This document shows, in pieces, positions 9,156 through 19,300 of a DNA stretch of 63,775 nucleotides; the stretch's first letter is position 1; the number at the start of each line of letters is the position of its first letter. Source of the DNA: a virus (lineage: Duplodnaviria > Caudoviricetes); the IMG/VR virus record IMGVR_UViG_3300033168_000002, positions 1-63,775 of that record, one strand, 5' to 3'. A program made the translations under genes and the position numbers. The notes beneath the pieces are model-generated. The model saw only the letters and a list, made by a program, of their open reading frames with translations, did not search any database and was not told the origin of the DNA.

Positions 9156-10321
9156 GCGTACGGTCCCGCCGCGACCACGGTCAGGCCCACGGACGACGCC
9201 GGTAGATTGAGGCCGAGCGTGCCTGAGTCGATCAGGCTCGCCTCCGTGCCAAGGCCGTCGCGGCACAGGTACTGGACGTTGTAGGTTCCCGTCGCTGGAT
9301 CAATCGCCAGCGCGTCGAGCGCCGCGCCGCCACCCGCCCCGGAGTTGGTGTCGAAGATGAACTTCGACCACTCCCAGCCGGCCGCGTTCGGGAAGTCGTG
9401 ATAGCCCGCGCCGCTCACGTCATGGCCCAGGCCGAAGAGCGCCGCCGTTTGCACGCCGAAGGTCGGCTCCGCTGTCTTGGACTGGCCCATGGCCTGCCCG
9501 GCCGGCCCCGCCACGGCGACATAGCGATAGACGGGACCGTTCTCGATGGTCCCATGCGTGTTGAGCCAATACCAGGTGTTGGGGTGCAGCGTGTTCGCCA
9601 GTACGACGTTCGACGTGATGACGGTGGTCGTGTTGGGCGTCACGCTGGTATCACGCAGGCTGTACTCGACGGTGATGGACAGGTCCGCGCCCAGCTTGAC
9701 CCTGAAGTAGCCGTTGGTCCCCAGGTTCCAATCCCAGAGGGTGGTATCCCCCACGGGCGCGGCGGGGAAGCGGAAAAACATGCCGGCGTGGGACGCGCCG
9801 TTGGCGTAGGCCGAGCCATAGCGGAAGGGAAAGTTGGACACTGATCCTGCTCCTTGTGTTGACTGGGCCAGGAAGGCCCCGAGGAGGCCCGATCCCTGCG
9901 CCGCGCCGCCCGGCGGGGGCAGAGCGACGCCGCCCGTGTTCTGATAGTAGTGCCAGTGCTGCAAAAAGCAGATGTCCAGCGGGATGACGTAGCCCTGCTG
10001 GGCGTAAAAGTTGTAGGCTCCCTCGGGCGCCACCTGGAGCGGCGCCGTGCCCCCATACGCGGGCACGATGAACGTGACGTAGCGCGCCACGCGGGCGTCC
10101 ACCGTCATCTTGGCCGGATTGGAGCCATAGACGATGGCCGGTTGCAATTCCGGCACGGTATCGGTGTAGATCGGGCCACCGGTCGTGAGCTGGTACGTCA
10201 CGGTGGCGTCGCGCACCCTTAAGAACTGGGCGGCGCTCTCCGGCCCCACGCGCACGAGGTTGCCGGTGTCCTCGATGATGTGCCCGGACAGGGCGAAACT
10301 CTGGACGATGTTGGTGGCCAT
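9152..10321 (-). CDS. Minor tail / receptor-binding protein (lectin-like C-terminus)
   Basis: Last gene of tail operon, beta-rich, LHPNTWYW LamG-like stretch. Confidence 0.55.
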   Translation of the reverse strand: MATNIVQSFALSGHIIEDTGNLVRVGPESAAQFLRVRDATVTYQLTTGGPIYTDTVPELQPAIVYGSNPAKMTVDARVARYVTFIVPAYGGTAPLQVAPEGAYNFYAQQGYVIPLDICFLQHWHYYQNTGGVALPPPGGAAQGSGLLGAFLAQSTQGAGSVSNFPFRYGSAYANGASHAGMFFRFPAAPVGDTTLWDWNLGTNGYFRVKLGADLSITVEYSLRDTSVTPNTTTVITSNVVLANTLHPNTWYWLNTHGTIENGPVYRYVAVAGPAGQAMGQSKTAEPTFGVQTAALFGLGHDVSGAGYHDFPNAAGWEWSKFIFDTNSGAGGGAALDALAIDPATGTYNVQYLCRDGLGTEASLIDSGTLGLNLPASSVGLTVVAAGPYA

Positions 10322-10335
10322 AAAGAGATGCCCTC

Positions 10336-13300
10336 CTACCCTTTCGCCCCGAAGCTCTGGATACTCTTGATCTGATCCATAAGGCCCGCCGCGAGATCCT
10401 GGGGACTGGTCTTGTCCTTGCGGAGCACGGTCGAGAGCGTGAGGTCGGCGTAGGCCAAACTACCCCCACTCTCGTCAAGCGTGATCGTCGCCTCGATGAC
10501 CCACCACAGCGCGTTGACCATGTGCACAACCTGCGTCCCCACGATAGATGACCCATCTGTGCTCAGTTGATTGATCGTGTCCTGGAGGTTGACCGGGAGC
10601 AGCATGCCCGGCCGCACCGCCCACAGCGCCGACTCCTGGCGCGTTAGCGGGCACCGCACCTTCAGTGTGCGCGCGGGGACGCTATTTTCGGAGAGCCAGC
10701 GGCGCGCCACACGGGCCACGTCGCCCGAGGCCCGGAGCGGTGTCACGGCGGTATTGGTTTGCAGGTCGGAGAGGCCGGAGGCCAGGGCGGCGTCGGTTGA
10801 CGCGTCCGGGTTCACCAGGCGGTACTGCCAGTCAAGGCAATCGTCGAGCGTGCGCTGCCAGTACCAGTCGGCCGGCAGGTCCTGGTTTGCCCCGCTGGCC
10901 TGGATGTGTGTGTTGGCGGCGTTGCCGATGGGCGACGACGCCATCGGACCAATCGTGATCACGGCGTTCGATGGCAGATCGCCGCTGGCGCGCCGCGCCA
11001 GGTCCGCGAACCAGACGCCGAGGGACACCTCCTCTTTGGTCAGATCACGCCAATAGCGCGCGTCCGACGAACTGTAGAAGAATTGCTTGGGATTGTAGGC
11101 GAAGAACCGTGTTTCAAGCGCCCCCTGGAGCGCCTGGTACTGGCCCGCCGCGACGCCCGCGATGGACACGCCAGACAAGCCATTGAGCCCACACGCGCTC
11201 TTCCAGCCCTTGCCGTCGAGCGTGGGGCTCCAATACAATCCCTGGCTCGTCGATACGAACACCGAGGTATATTGACCGCCGACAGTCACACCCAGCCCGA
11301 CCGCGCCATTGATGGTCGGCTCCGCGCCGCCCGCCGACGCGGCGAGCGAGCTGTCGGCGTCGGCCGGCGCGAACGGCCCCCAGGTTGTCCCGTTCCGTAC
11401 CAGCATGTACGCGCTCTGGCTGTCCCCCTTGGTCATGGCCCACACCGAATCCTGAGGCGGGTGCGTGGAGTCGCCGGCGGTGATCACGCGGTCCACTGCG
11501 AACGCGCGCACGCCGGCCGGCAGGGCGTACGGCGTCATCGGCGCGGACGAACCGCCGGCGAAACCGATCTGGTGAACGCGGCCCTGATCGTTGTCCAACA
11601 GCACCCAGGCGGTCTGGTAGTCGGTCATGACGAACGACTGGACGTGCGCGCCGACGACGGCGGGTGTCCACGCGTCATAGCCCGCGCCCGTGAGGCCGGG
11701 GCTGGCGGCGACATAGCTGTAAATCCCGTGCAGGTTCGCGTCCTTGGGCGCGGCCTGGGCGAACAAGTGGACAACGGCGGCGTTGTCACGTTGCACCGAG
11801 AGGCGCGTGATGCGCGCGTGCAGCGTCCCCACCGGCGTCCAGGTATGCACCGCCCGGACATCGTTGCTCCGGGAGAGCACGCCGTCGGCGGTCCCGATGT
11901 AGATCGTGCTCCCCGTCGTATCGACGTACAGGCTGTAGACCGGCCCCGCGCCCGTCAAAAGCGGCCTGAGCAGGCCATCTCCGTTGAAGAACGCCACGCC
12001 GCCGGTCGTGTCGCCGACCTGGTAGGTGATGATGGGCAGGCACGTCGTATAGTCGGTCCTATCGCCGCTGCCGATGGGGTTCAGGAGTCCCAGTCCGGTG
12101 ATCGTCGCGCCGTCGGGCAGGCCGGCATTACTCTTGCCGCCGGTGAACAGCACCTGCCCGTAGGTATCGGCGTTGTTGGTCTCGATACTGGCCTCGACGA
12201 TGCGCGCCATCACCGTTTCGTCGACGGCGCCACTGGCGTTGCCATCCAGCGTAAAGCCGCTGGCCGGGCTGCCGCCGATAGTCCCGACGACGACGCCGGC
12301 GCCGGCCGACGATAGACTGGCCGCGTCCTCGTAGTAGTGGCCGCGATACCCGATGGGATAGGCGTCGCCGGCGATGTAGTCGCCGGCCATGCGCTTCGTC
12401 GCCGCCTCCAGCGCGCGGAGCGTCGTGTCGCCCCGCGTCTCCAGGTTGGTCGAGATCCCCGCGATCGAGGCGTCCACGGCCGGCGTGACGGCCAGCAACG
12501 CCTTGCCGGCCCAGGTCGGCAGGCCGGGCGGCCGGCTGAACAGGCCGCCCAGGTACGGGATGGCGCCCGAGGGCGAGAGGAAGCCGGCGGTTCCCGAGGC
12601 GACGGGCACGATGAACCCGGTTTGCGTCGCGGCCTGGCTACTGAGCACGTCGGCGAGTTGGCAGCCGGGGTAGTAGGCGTGAGCCACGACGACGCCCGCG
12701 TAGCCGGCCAGCGGCCCCTCCCCCGTGATGTCGATGAGGGGCGCGCCGTCCTTGTAGCTCCGGGTCACGGCGGTGACGCGCAGCCGCACGGCGATGGCGC
12801 CGGAGAGGCCGGACACGCCGACCTCGACGACGGTGGGGACGGGCGCCGTCCCGTCGTCGGTCCCCGCCGCCTGGAGCGCCGCCTGGCCGAAGCTCGTACC
12901 GCCTGACGCCGTGGCCGCGCCGGGGTCGGAGGCGGGGACGGAGAGCGTGCCGGTGAGCGGCGCATCCAGCGTCAACGTCCGGCTGAAACCGGCCAGGCGC
13001 GTCGTGGTGGCGACGACGGCGCCGCTCCTGATGTCGATCAGGCGCGCGTAGGGCTGGAACGCGCCCACGGGGAGCTGGCCCGTGCCGGAGAGGGGAACGG
13101 CGGTCGTGGGGCCGTCGCTCGCATTGTCGGTGATGGTCAGGGTGGCCGGGCGCGCTCCTGCCTGGGACGGGGTGAAGACGACGGTGAGCGTCGCCGTCAC
13201 GCCGCCCGCGATGGTCCCGCTCGCCGCCGCCGGGATGGTGTAGTCGGAGGCCGCCAGGCCGGAGAGCGCCGTGCTGTAGGTCAGCGGTTCGCCGCCGGTG

Positions 13301-13788
13301 TTGGTCAGCGTCAGGGTCAGCGTCGCCGTACCGGGCAGTCGCGTGGCGGGGAACGCGAGCGACGGCGGGGCGACGGTCAGGTAGGCTGGAGCCACGCCGG
13401 TCGCGGAGAGTGGCACGGAGAGCGGCGTGTCGTCGGCGTCGGAAACGATGACCAGGGACGCCGCCCGCGCTCCAGCGGCGCTAGGGGTGGCGTGCAGCGT
13501 CAGTGTCGGAGACGCGCCCACGGCCACGGACGCGGGCGGCGTCCCGCTGAGCGAGAAGTCGGCGGCGTTAGGGCCGCTGATGGTGACGCTGCTGAACGTG
13601 GCCGTGGCCGTACCCGTGTTGCCCAGCGTGAGGGTCAGCGCGGGCGCGGCGGTCCCAACTTGCTCCGAGGCAAAGGTCAGCGGGGAGGGCGTGGCCGTCA
13701 GATGGCCGATAGGTGGCGGAGGGGGTGGGCCGCCACCGCCGGTTGGTTGCGGCGGCTCATCGGCCAGCAGGAGCAGCAGAGAGGACAT
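10336..13788 (-). CDS. Large tail-tip protein with two N-terminal Ig-like (choice-of-anchor D/ASH) domains and a beta-propeller region
   Basis: Two repeats L.F...LTL.NTG...F.PS.AGAR.A.L.I; SSSDARYW / WSPTLDGKGW BNR-like boxes. Confidence 0.75.
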   Translation of the reverse strand: MSSLLLLLADEPPQPTGGGGPPPPPPIGHLTATPSPLTFASEQVGTAAPALTLTLGNTGTATATFSSVTISGPNAADFSLSGTPPASVAVGASPTLTLHATPSAAGARAASLVIVSDADDTPLSVPLSATGVAPAYLTVAPPSLAFPATRLPGTATLTLTLTNTGGEPLTYSTALSGLAASDYTIPAAASGTIAGGVTATLTVVFTPSQAGARPATLTITDNASDGPTTAVPLSGTGQLPVGAFQPYARLIDIRSGAVVATTTRLAGFSRTLTLDAPLTGTLSVPASDPGAATASGGTSFGQAALQAAGTDDGTAPVPTVVEVGVSGLSGAIAVRLRVTAVTRSYKDGAPLIDITGEGPLAGYAGVVVAHAYYPGCQLADVLSSQAATQTGFIVPVASGTAGFLSPSGAIPYLGGLFSRPPGLPTWAGKALLAVTPAVDASIAGISTNLETRGDTTLRALEAATKRMAGDYIAGDAYPIGYRGHYYEDAASLSSAGAGVVVGTIGGSPASGFTLDGNASGAVDETVMARIVEASIETNNADTYGQVLFTGGKSNAGLPDGATITGLGLLNPIGSGDRTDYTTCLPIITYQVGDTTGGVAFFNGDGLLRPLLTGAGPVYSLYVDTTGSTIYIGTADGVLSRSNDVRAVHTWTPVGTLHARITRLSVQRDNAAVVHLFAQAAPKDANLHGIYSYVAASPGLTGAGYDAWTPAVVGAHVQSFVMTDYQTAWVLLDNDQGRVHQIGFAGGSSAPMTPYALPAGVRAFAVDRVITAGDSTHPPQDSVWAMTKGDSQSAYMLVRNGTTWGPFAPADADSSLAASAGGAEPTINGAVGLGVTVGGQYTSVFVSTSQGLYWSPTLDGKGWKSACGLNGLSGVSIAGVAAGQYQALQGALETRFFAYNPKQFFYSSSDARYWRDLTKEEVSLGVWFADLARRASGDLPSNAVITIGPMASSPIGNAANTHIQASGANQDLPADWYWQRTLDDCLDWQYRLVNPDASTDAALASGLSDLQTNTAVTPLRASGDVARVARRWLSENSVPARTLKVRCPLTRQESALWAVRPGMLLPVNLQDTINQLSTDGSSIVGTQVVHMVNALWWVIEATITLDESGGSLAYADLTLSTVLRKDKTSPQDLAAGLMDQIKSIQSFGAKG

Positions 13789-13791
13789 GGA

Positions 13792-15078
13792 TTAGACCTT
13801 CGCCGTGATCGCCCAGTTGGCTCCGTCGCTAACCACGGAGAGCACGCCGTAAGCGGCGGCGATAGTTTGGGTGGTGGCGCCGTCAATGGTCTGCGCGCCC
13901 GTCGTGGCGACCGTGGTTCCTGTCCCGCTCGCTCCGTTCTTGATCGTGTAGGCGCGGCCCGCGCCCACGGTCGCGGCGGAGGGCAGCGTCATGGTGAGGC
14001 TGGCCGCGTTGGCGATGATGATGAGGTCGGAGGTCGTGAGCGTATAGGAGACGGTTTTGGTGGAGAGCACGCCCGCACCCGGTATGAGCGCCGCTGGAAG
14101 CGTCACCTTGCGCTCGATGACGCGGATAGTGAGTGACTCGTACTGCGCGTTCGTGGCCGCGCGACAATAGACGGTCGCCGCGGTGCCCGCCGCGATCTGG
14201 AGCTTGACGGTATGAGCGCCCGCCGCGAGACCGCTGAGCGTGACCGTCGCGCCCCCCTCTAAAGGGTTCGTCGCCAGGTTCGTGTTCGTGGCCGTCCCCC
14301 CTATCTGCTTGTAGAGGGGCGTCCCCGCGCTGTCGATGGCAAGACGCGCGGCGGCGTAGGTTCCGCTGCTGACCCCGGTGAGGTAGATCATGCCGCCCGC
14401 GTCTATCTCAATGATGCTGGCCGCGTCATCAACCGTGAAGCTCTGGTTCACGCCTATATCTGTCCAGGCGTTTGCGCTCAACGCAAGAGCGCTGGCAACG
14501 TCCGTCGAGGCCGCGTAGTCCAGTTGCACCTTGGTCGTCTGGTAGGGTGTCCCGGCCACGCCCGCCACCTGGGAATCGACGCCAAAAAGCGTGGCAACGG
14601 TCCCCGCGACGAAGTTACCGGCGGCGGGGGTAAGCGTCAGGCGCGTCACAGCCGCCGTATTGCGCCACTGTCCCGCTTCCTCGATCATGTACCCAGCGCC
14701 AGTGTCGCTGCCATGATCGAAGGTTCGCACGCTGACGTTCTTGCGCGGCGTGCTGTTGGCGTAGTTCAACACCTCGATGGTTGTCTCCGCGTAGACGCCC
14801 GCCGGAGCGTTCGCGCCGGCCGTCAACCCGGCACGCATATGCGCCGCCGCCAACGCGGAGGTGTTGCCACTCGTCGTTCCGGTGGAGTACAGGTATTGGT
14901 CATCATAGTTGGCCCCCGTATCTCCATTGAAGGTTAGGTATATGTCGGTGTCCGCATAGGCGCCATCAGTGCGCGCCGTGAGGGTGACGACCAGATGCTT
15001 ATAGGTCTGCGGTATCGCCGTGAAGTCGATGGTCGCCTGGCCGCCCGCAGGGACGGTGATCTCCGCGATTTTGCCCAT
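13792..15078 (-). CDS. Modular tail fibre / minor tail protein
   Basis: IDFTAIPQTYKHL module, LSGLAAGAHTVKLQ module, TLPSAA..GRAYTIKN..VSDGANW module. Confidence 0.7.
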   Translation of the reverse strand: MGKIAEITVPAGGQATIDFTAIPQTYKHLVVTLTARTDGAYADTDIYLTFNGDTGANYDDQYLYSTGTTSGNTSALAAAHMRAGLTAGANAPAGVYAETTIEVLNYANSTPRKNVSVRTFDHGSDTGAGYMIEEAGQWRNTAAVTRLTLTPAAGNFVAGTVATLFGVDSQVAGVAGTPYQTTKVQLDYAASTDVASALALSANAWTDIGVNQSFTVDDAASIIEIDAGGMIYLTGVSSGTYAAARLAIDSAGTPLYKQIGGTATNTNLATNPLEGGATVTLSGLAAGAHTVKLQIAAGTAATVYCRAATNAQYESLTIRVIERKVTLPAALIPGAGVLSTKTVSYTLTTSDLIIIANAASLTMTLPSAATVGAGRAYTIKNGASGTGTTVATTGAQTIDGATTQTIAAAYGVLSVVSDGANWAITAKV

Positions 15079-15093
15079 TGTGCCCCCCTCTTT

Positions 15094-16050
15094 TTATGTA
15101 AATGATGACAACAGAGTGACCGTCAGCGGAAGCGTGACGCTATGGACGTTGCGCCCCGGCGCCAGCACGAGCTCGGGCTTCGTCAACCTGGCCGTGGCCT
15201 GCATCGTCGTCGCGTTATCGGCCTTTCTGACCACTAAAGCGCCCTGCGGCGTCGCGGCCAATCCCGACAGGATCGTGTTTAGCTGTAACTCGACGCTGGT
15301 GTAGGCCGCGCGGCCATACGTCCCCGCCGTGGCGTCGATGCTGGTTTCCCAGGTCGCCGTCGGCGTCTTCAGGGGGCACGCGCTGACGCCGCGCAGGTCG
15401 AACGGGTAGCGCCCAGCGCCGGCGCGCGTGTTGTACTGCCCCTGCCATTCCCAGGTCATGCTCTTGACCGGCAGCCCGTCGCCGCCCAATACGGTACCAG
15501 CGTGCGACACGACGCGGCCGAACGGCACGACCACCGAGGCCGGCGTGGAGGCGGGCAGTACAGGCGCGCTCCCTAATGCAGTGAAGTCGCTAAGGAGCGT
15601 CCAGGTCAACGGCAAGAGGTAGTGGTAGGTGTGCTGACCCGGCAGCAGGGCCAGGTCCACTTTAGCGATCCTGGCCCAGGCCCCGGCGTAGCTCACGCCG
15701 TCGGCGCGCAACACCACGAGCTGCCCAACCTGGCCCGAGACCTGGCCGCCGGCGTAGGTGTACGTGCCCTGCAACGCTGAGAGAATAGCAGCGAACTGGC
15801 TCTCGACATCGCTGTAGGCGGCGAGCCCGACGTGGCCGGCGCTGGCCTTTAGGAGCACCGACGTCGAGAAAGATGAGTCCTTGAGGGGACCGGGCTGCCC
15901 TCCTCGGACATCGAACGGGTACGACGTCGAGGGGATCAGCGCCGTGTCAGCGGCCTGCTCCAGTCCAATCGCGGACAGCGGCGTGCCGCGGCCAGTGAAG
16001 GGGAGCGCGCCAAAGCTGGTGATGCGGTCGGCGGGGTAGAGCGCGGCCAT
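15094..16050 (-). CDS. Distal-tail (Dit)-like protein made of two homologous halves
   Basis: Follows tape measure; YPFD.RG..PLK, G.AAY..VE.Q..IL, LVV..AD, LPLT.TLLS.FT occur twice. Confidence 0.65.
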   Translation of the reverse strand: MAALYPADRITSFGALPFTGRGTPLSAIGLEQAADTALIPSTSYPFDVRGGQPGPLKDSSFSTSVLLKASAGHVGLAAYSDVESQFAAILSALQGTYTYAGGQVSGQVGQLVVLRADGVSYAGAWARIAKVDLALLPGQHTYHYLLPLTWTLLSDFTALGSAPVLPASTPASVVVPFGRVVSHAGTVLGGDGLPVKSMTWEWQGQYNTRAGAGRYPFDLRGVSACPLKTPTATWETSIDATAGTYGRAAYTSVELQLNTILSGLAATPQGALVVRKADNATTMQATARLTKPELVLAPGRNVHSVTLPLTVTLLSSFT

Positions 16051-16278
16051 CTAGCGGACCCCAGGACGCGTGATACCATGGCGGCGGAGCGGTCCATGCA
16101 GCGTCGCGTCGCGTGCCCGCTCCCAGGCCGCCAGGCGCTCATCCAGCGCCGCCTGTTCCGCGCGCAACTCCGCGATATGGGCGTCAATCAGCCGCGCCCA
16201 CGCCGCGTCGGTCGCGGGTTGACCGTTGATCGTTGTTGCCCCGTTCACGCTCACACAGATAACCGTTGTCTCGTTCAT
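16051..16278 (-). CDS. Small hypothetical protein
   Basis: GGGGAGGT RBS; abuts Dit start. Confidence 0.5.
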   Translation of the reverse strand: MNETTVICVSVNGATTINGQPATDAAWARLIDAHIAELRAEQAALDERLAAWERARDATLHGPLRRHGITRPGVR

Positions 16279-16332
16279 ACCCTTACACCTCCCCGTGCGT
16301 ATCCTCAGACCTTACGCTCAGTATCCTCACAG

Positions 16333-19300
16333 CTACCGGACCGCCGTGGCGAGGCCGTAGGGCCGCAGCGGGTTGCCGCCTGAGCCGGGCTGCGCGCGGC
16401 CAGCGCTCTTGATCGCGTCACGCACGGCCATGGTGGCGGCCGTGCCGTCCTCAACCGCGCCCAGGAGCGAGGAGAGCACCGCGTTCTGCTGTGTCAACTG
16501 TTGCACCTGTGTTTCCAGCTTCTGAATCATCTGCTGGGCCGGGTCTTTGCCGACGCGGCCGCCGAAGGTGACGAGGGTTTCGCCGAGGCCCACGCCCTGG
16601 CCGACCTGCTGGCGGCTGGTGTAGCCGTACACCGAGCGTTGGAAGCCGGTCCCGATCTTCGGCGCCGTGAGCTTCTTGAGGCCATTGGACAGCGTGCCGC
16701 CCAGCTTGATCCAGTCGTCGTTCGCCAACGTCACAGCCAGCGCGCCATTCTTCGGACGCAGCGCCTTTTGGTACGCGAGATCCGCCGTCTTGAACTTGGC
16801 GAGGTCGGCGAACTCACCGCCCGTATTACCGGCCTTCTTGTCGGCCATGAACATGTCGCGCCAGTGCTTCACCAAACCTGAGAGGGTGGAGAGATCGGCG
16901 CGGGCCGGCGCGGACGCGGCCTTATGGACCTTGGAGAGTTGATCGTTCGAGAACGCCCGCGCGTCCTGTGCTGCCTGGCTTTTGCTGATACCGTGCTGTA
17001 CCTCAATGGCCTGCTTGATCGAGGTCATCGCGGCAATCACCTGGCGCGCGGCCGTAAAGTTGCGGTCTCTCATGTCCTGCTGGAGTGTCATATTATCGCG
17101 GTAGTAGAGCGCGCCGAGGTCGGTGGTCTGCTGGTGGAACTGTTTGGTTTGCGCCGTTTTGGCCTTAGCACCAGCCTTTACCTCAGCATGGTGAGCGGTC
17201 AGCTTGTTAGCAGTGTTCACGTCATTACGGAGCCGCGCCGTCGTGTCCGTCAGATGCCCCGCATGCTCGGTCTTGCCGATGGCGGCGATGTCCGACAGGA
17301 TCTTCGTCTGCGAGATGAGTCCCGCATGGTACAGCTTCATGTCGTCGCCGTACTTATTCATGGCCGCGGTCAGGTCGATGTTGTAGTTATGCCCGCCGAC
17401 GATGCCTTTCTTGGGCTTACCTGGAGGGTGCTCAATATTCCAGGCGCGTTGCCAGGCCGCGTGTGACATCTCCCCATGCCCGGCTGGCCCATGGTTGTAG
17501 GCCGCACCGAAACGCGCAGCGATCATCCCACGCGAGGGACCGACAAAGCGGACGCCGCCCGCGCCATGCGTGGCGTGATGAGGATCGGGGCTATGGTGGC
17601 CGTGCCCCGTGTGCCCCTGGGCGTGCGGCGCGGGCGGTGTCACTCCAGCGGCGGTATAGGCGGCCCCAATGACGGCCTTGACGCCAGGCAGCGACGAGAA
17701 CATATGCAGCAGATTGCCGAAAAAGCCAAGCAAGCCCTTTACTTTGCTCGTGACCCAATCGAGCGCCCCACCCAGCACGTTTTTCAAGCCACTCGCCACG
17801 GCCCCTAGCCCCGGCGCGAACACGGAGGACAGGAATTTCCACACAGCGTTCACCGCGTTGTGGAAGAACTTGACGTTTTTGTACGCCCAGATGATGCCTG
17901 CCACCAGGCCAGCGACGGCAAGCACGACAATGCCAATCGGGTTATCGATCAAAGCCGTGTTGAGCAGCCACTGGGCCAGCGTCCATCCTTTGGTCGCCAG
18001 CATCACCGCGCCCGCCGCGATCTTTTGGGCCACCATGGCGGCGACGCCACGCCCGCCGTACAGGGTCAGCGCGATCGTGGCCGCCTTCGCGCCCTCGATC
18101 GCCAGTGTCCATGCTTTCGTCGCGATGGTCACCGCAGCCACGGCGATCTTTTGGGCGACGGTGACGATGGTCTGAGCCGCCGTCGCGATCTTGTTGCCGA
18201 CGGCGGCCGCCGTCGATTGGATAATCCCCAGGCGTACAGCGACATAGGCCAGCCCAAGCGCCTTGTTGGCGGCGGTGTAGGCCGCGATCACCGCGCGGGC
18301 TTCGACCATGACGAGCTTGCCGGCTTTCTGCGCGAGCGTGAACATGTTCTGGGCCAGCGTGGACGCTTTCGTGGCAAGCGTCCACGCGGTCGTGGCAAGC
18401 GTCCAGGCCACCATGCCGGCTTTGATCGCGACCACGGCCGGGATCAGCAGGGCCAGGCCCGCGCCTAGCTGGGCTGTGCCCTGGCGTGTCGCCCTCAGAT
18501 GTGTCGCTGTCATGAGCAGCGGCGCGACCAGCCCTTTCAGGCCGGACGCGACGCGGCCCATGGCCTCGACCGCCGCCAGGAACGCACGGCCGACCCCCAC
18601 GGCGCCGGTGATGAGCGTGGTGAGGCGGGGGGTGAGCGCGGCCACGGCCCCCGGCAGGCGCGCGCCCAACCACGACGCGGCGGCCGTGGCGTAGGGCAGC
18701 AGTTGTGTGCCGAGCGCGATCGCCAGGATCTGCACCTTGTTGCGCAGTTCGCCGAATTGGAAGCTCGCCGTTTTTTGTGTGGCCGCGTACGCCCGCGCCG
18801 TGATGCCGCTCTTGGCGGTGACGCCGTTCAGGCTCGCCAGGATACCGCTGTAGTCCTTCGCGCCGTTGCCGGTCAGAATCATGGCCGCCTGACCGCCCCG
18901 GAGCGCGGGGATGAGCTTGAAGATCTCCTGCGCGTTGCCGTTCGTCGCCGCCTTGAGGTCGGCCAGGATGCCCGTCAGGCCCTTGGCCTTCAGGCCCGCC
19001 GGCGTGAAGTCGCCAAGCAGGTCAATGCCCGTCTTGAGCGTCAGACTCGCCAATTCTTTCTGAGCCGCCTTCGCCGGGTTCACGATCTTGGAGAGGGCGC
19101 CCACGATCGTCGTCGAGGCGTTCTCGATGCTGCCGTGGCGCGTCATCGCCGAGAGCGCGGCCGTCACCTGGTTCAGGGGCACGCCCAGGTTAGCGGCCAT
19201 GGCGATGGCTTTGTTGCCCCCGGTCGTGAACTGCTCGAGCGTGGTGTTGCCCTGCGCGCTCGCAAGGTGCAGGATGTCCATCGTCTTCGCCGCGGCGCTG

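Noticed and set aside
9152-15078. Diversity-generating retroelement or invertible tail-fibre cassette
   Set aside because: No reverse transcriptase, TR/VR pair or invertase seen.
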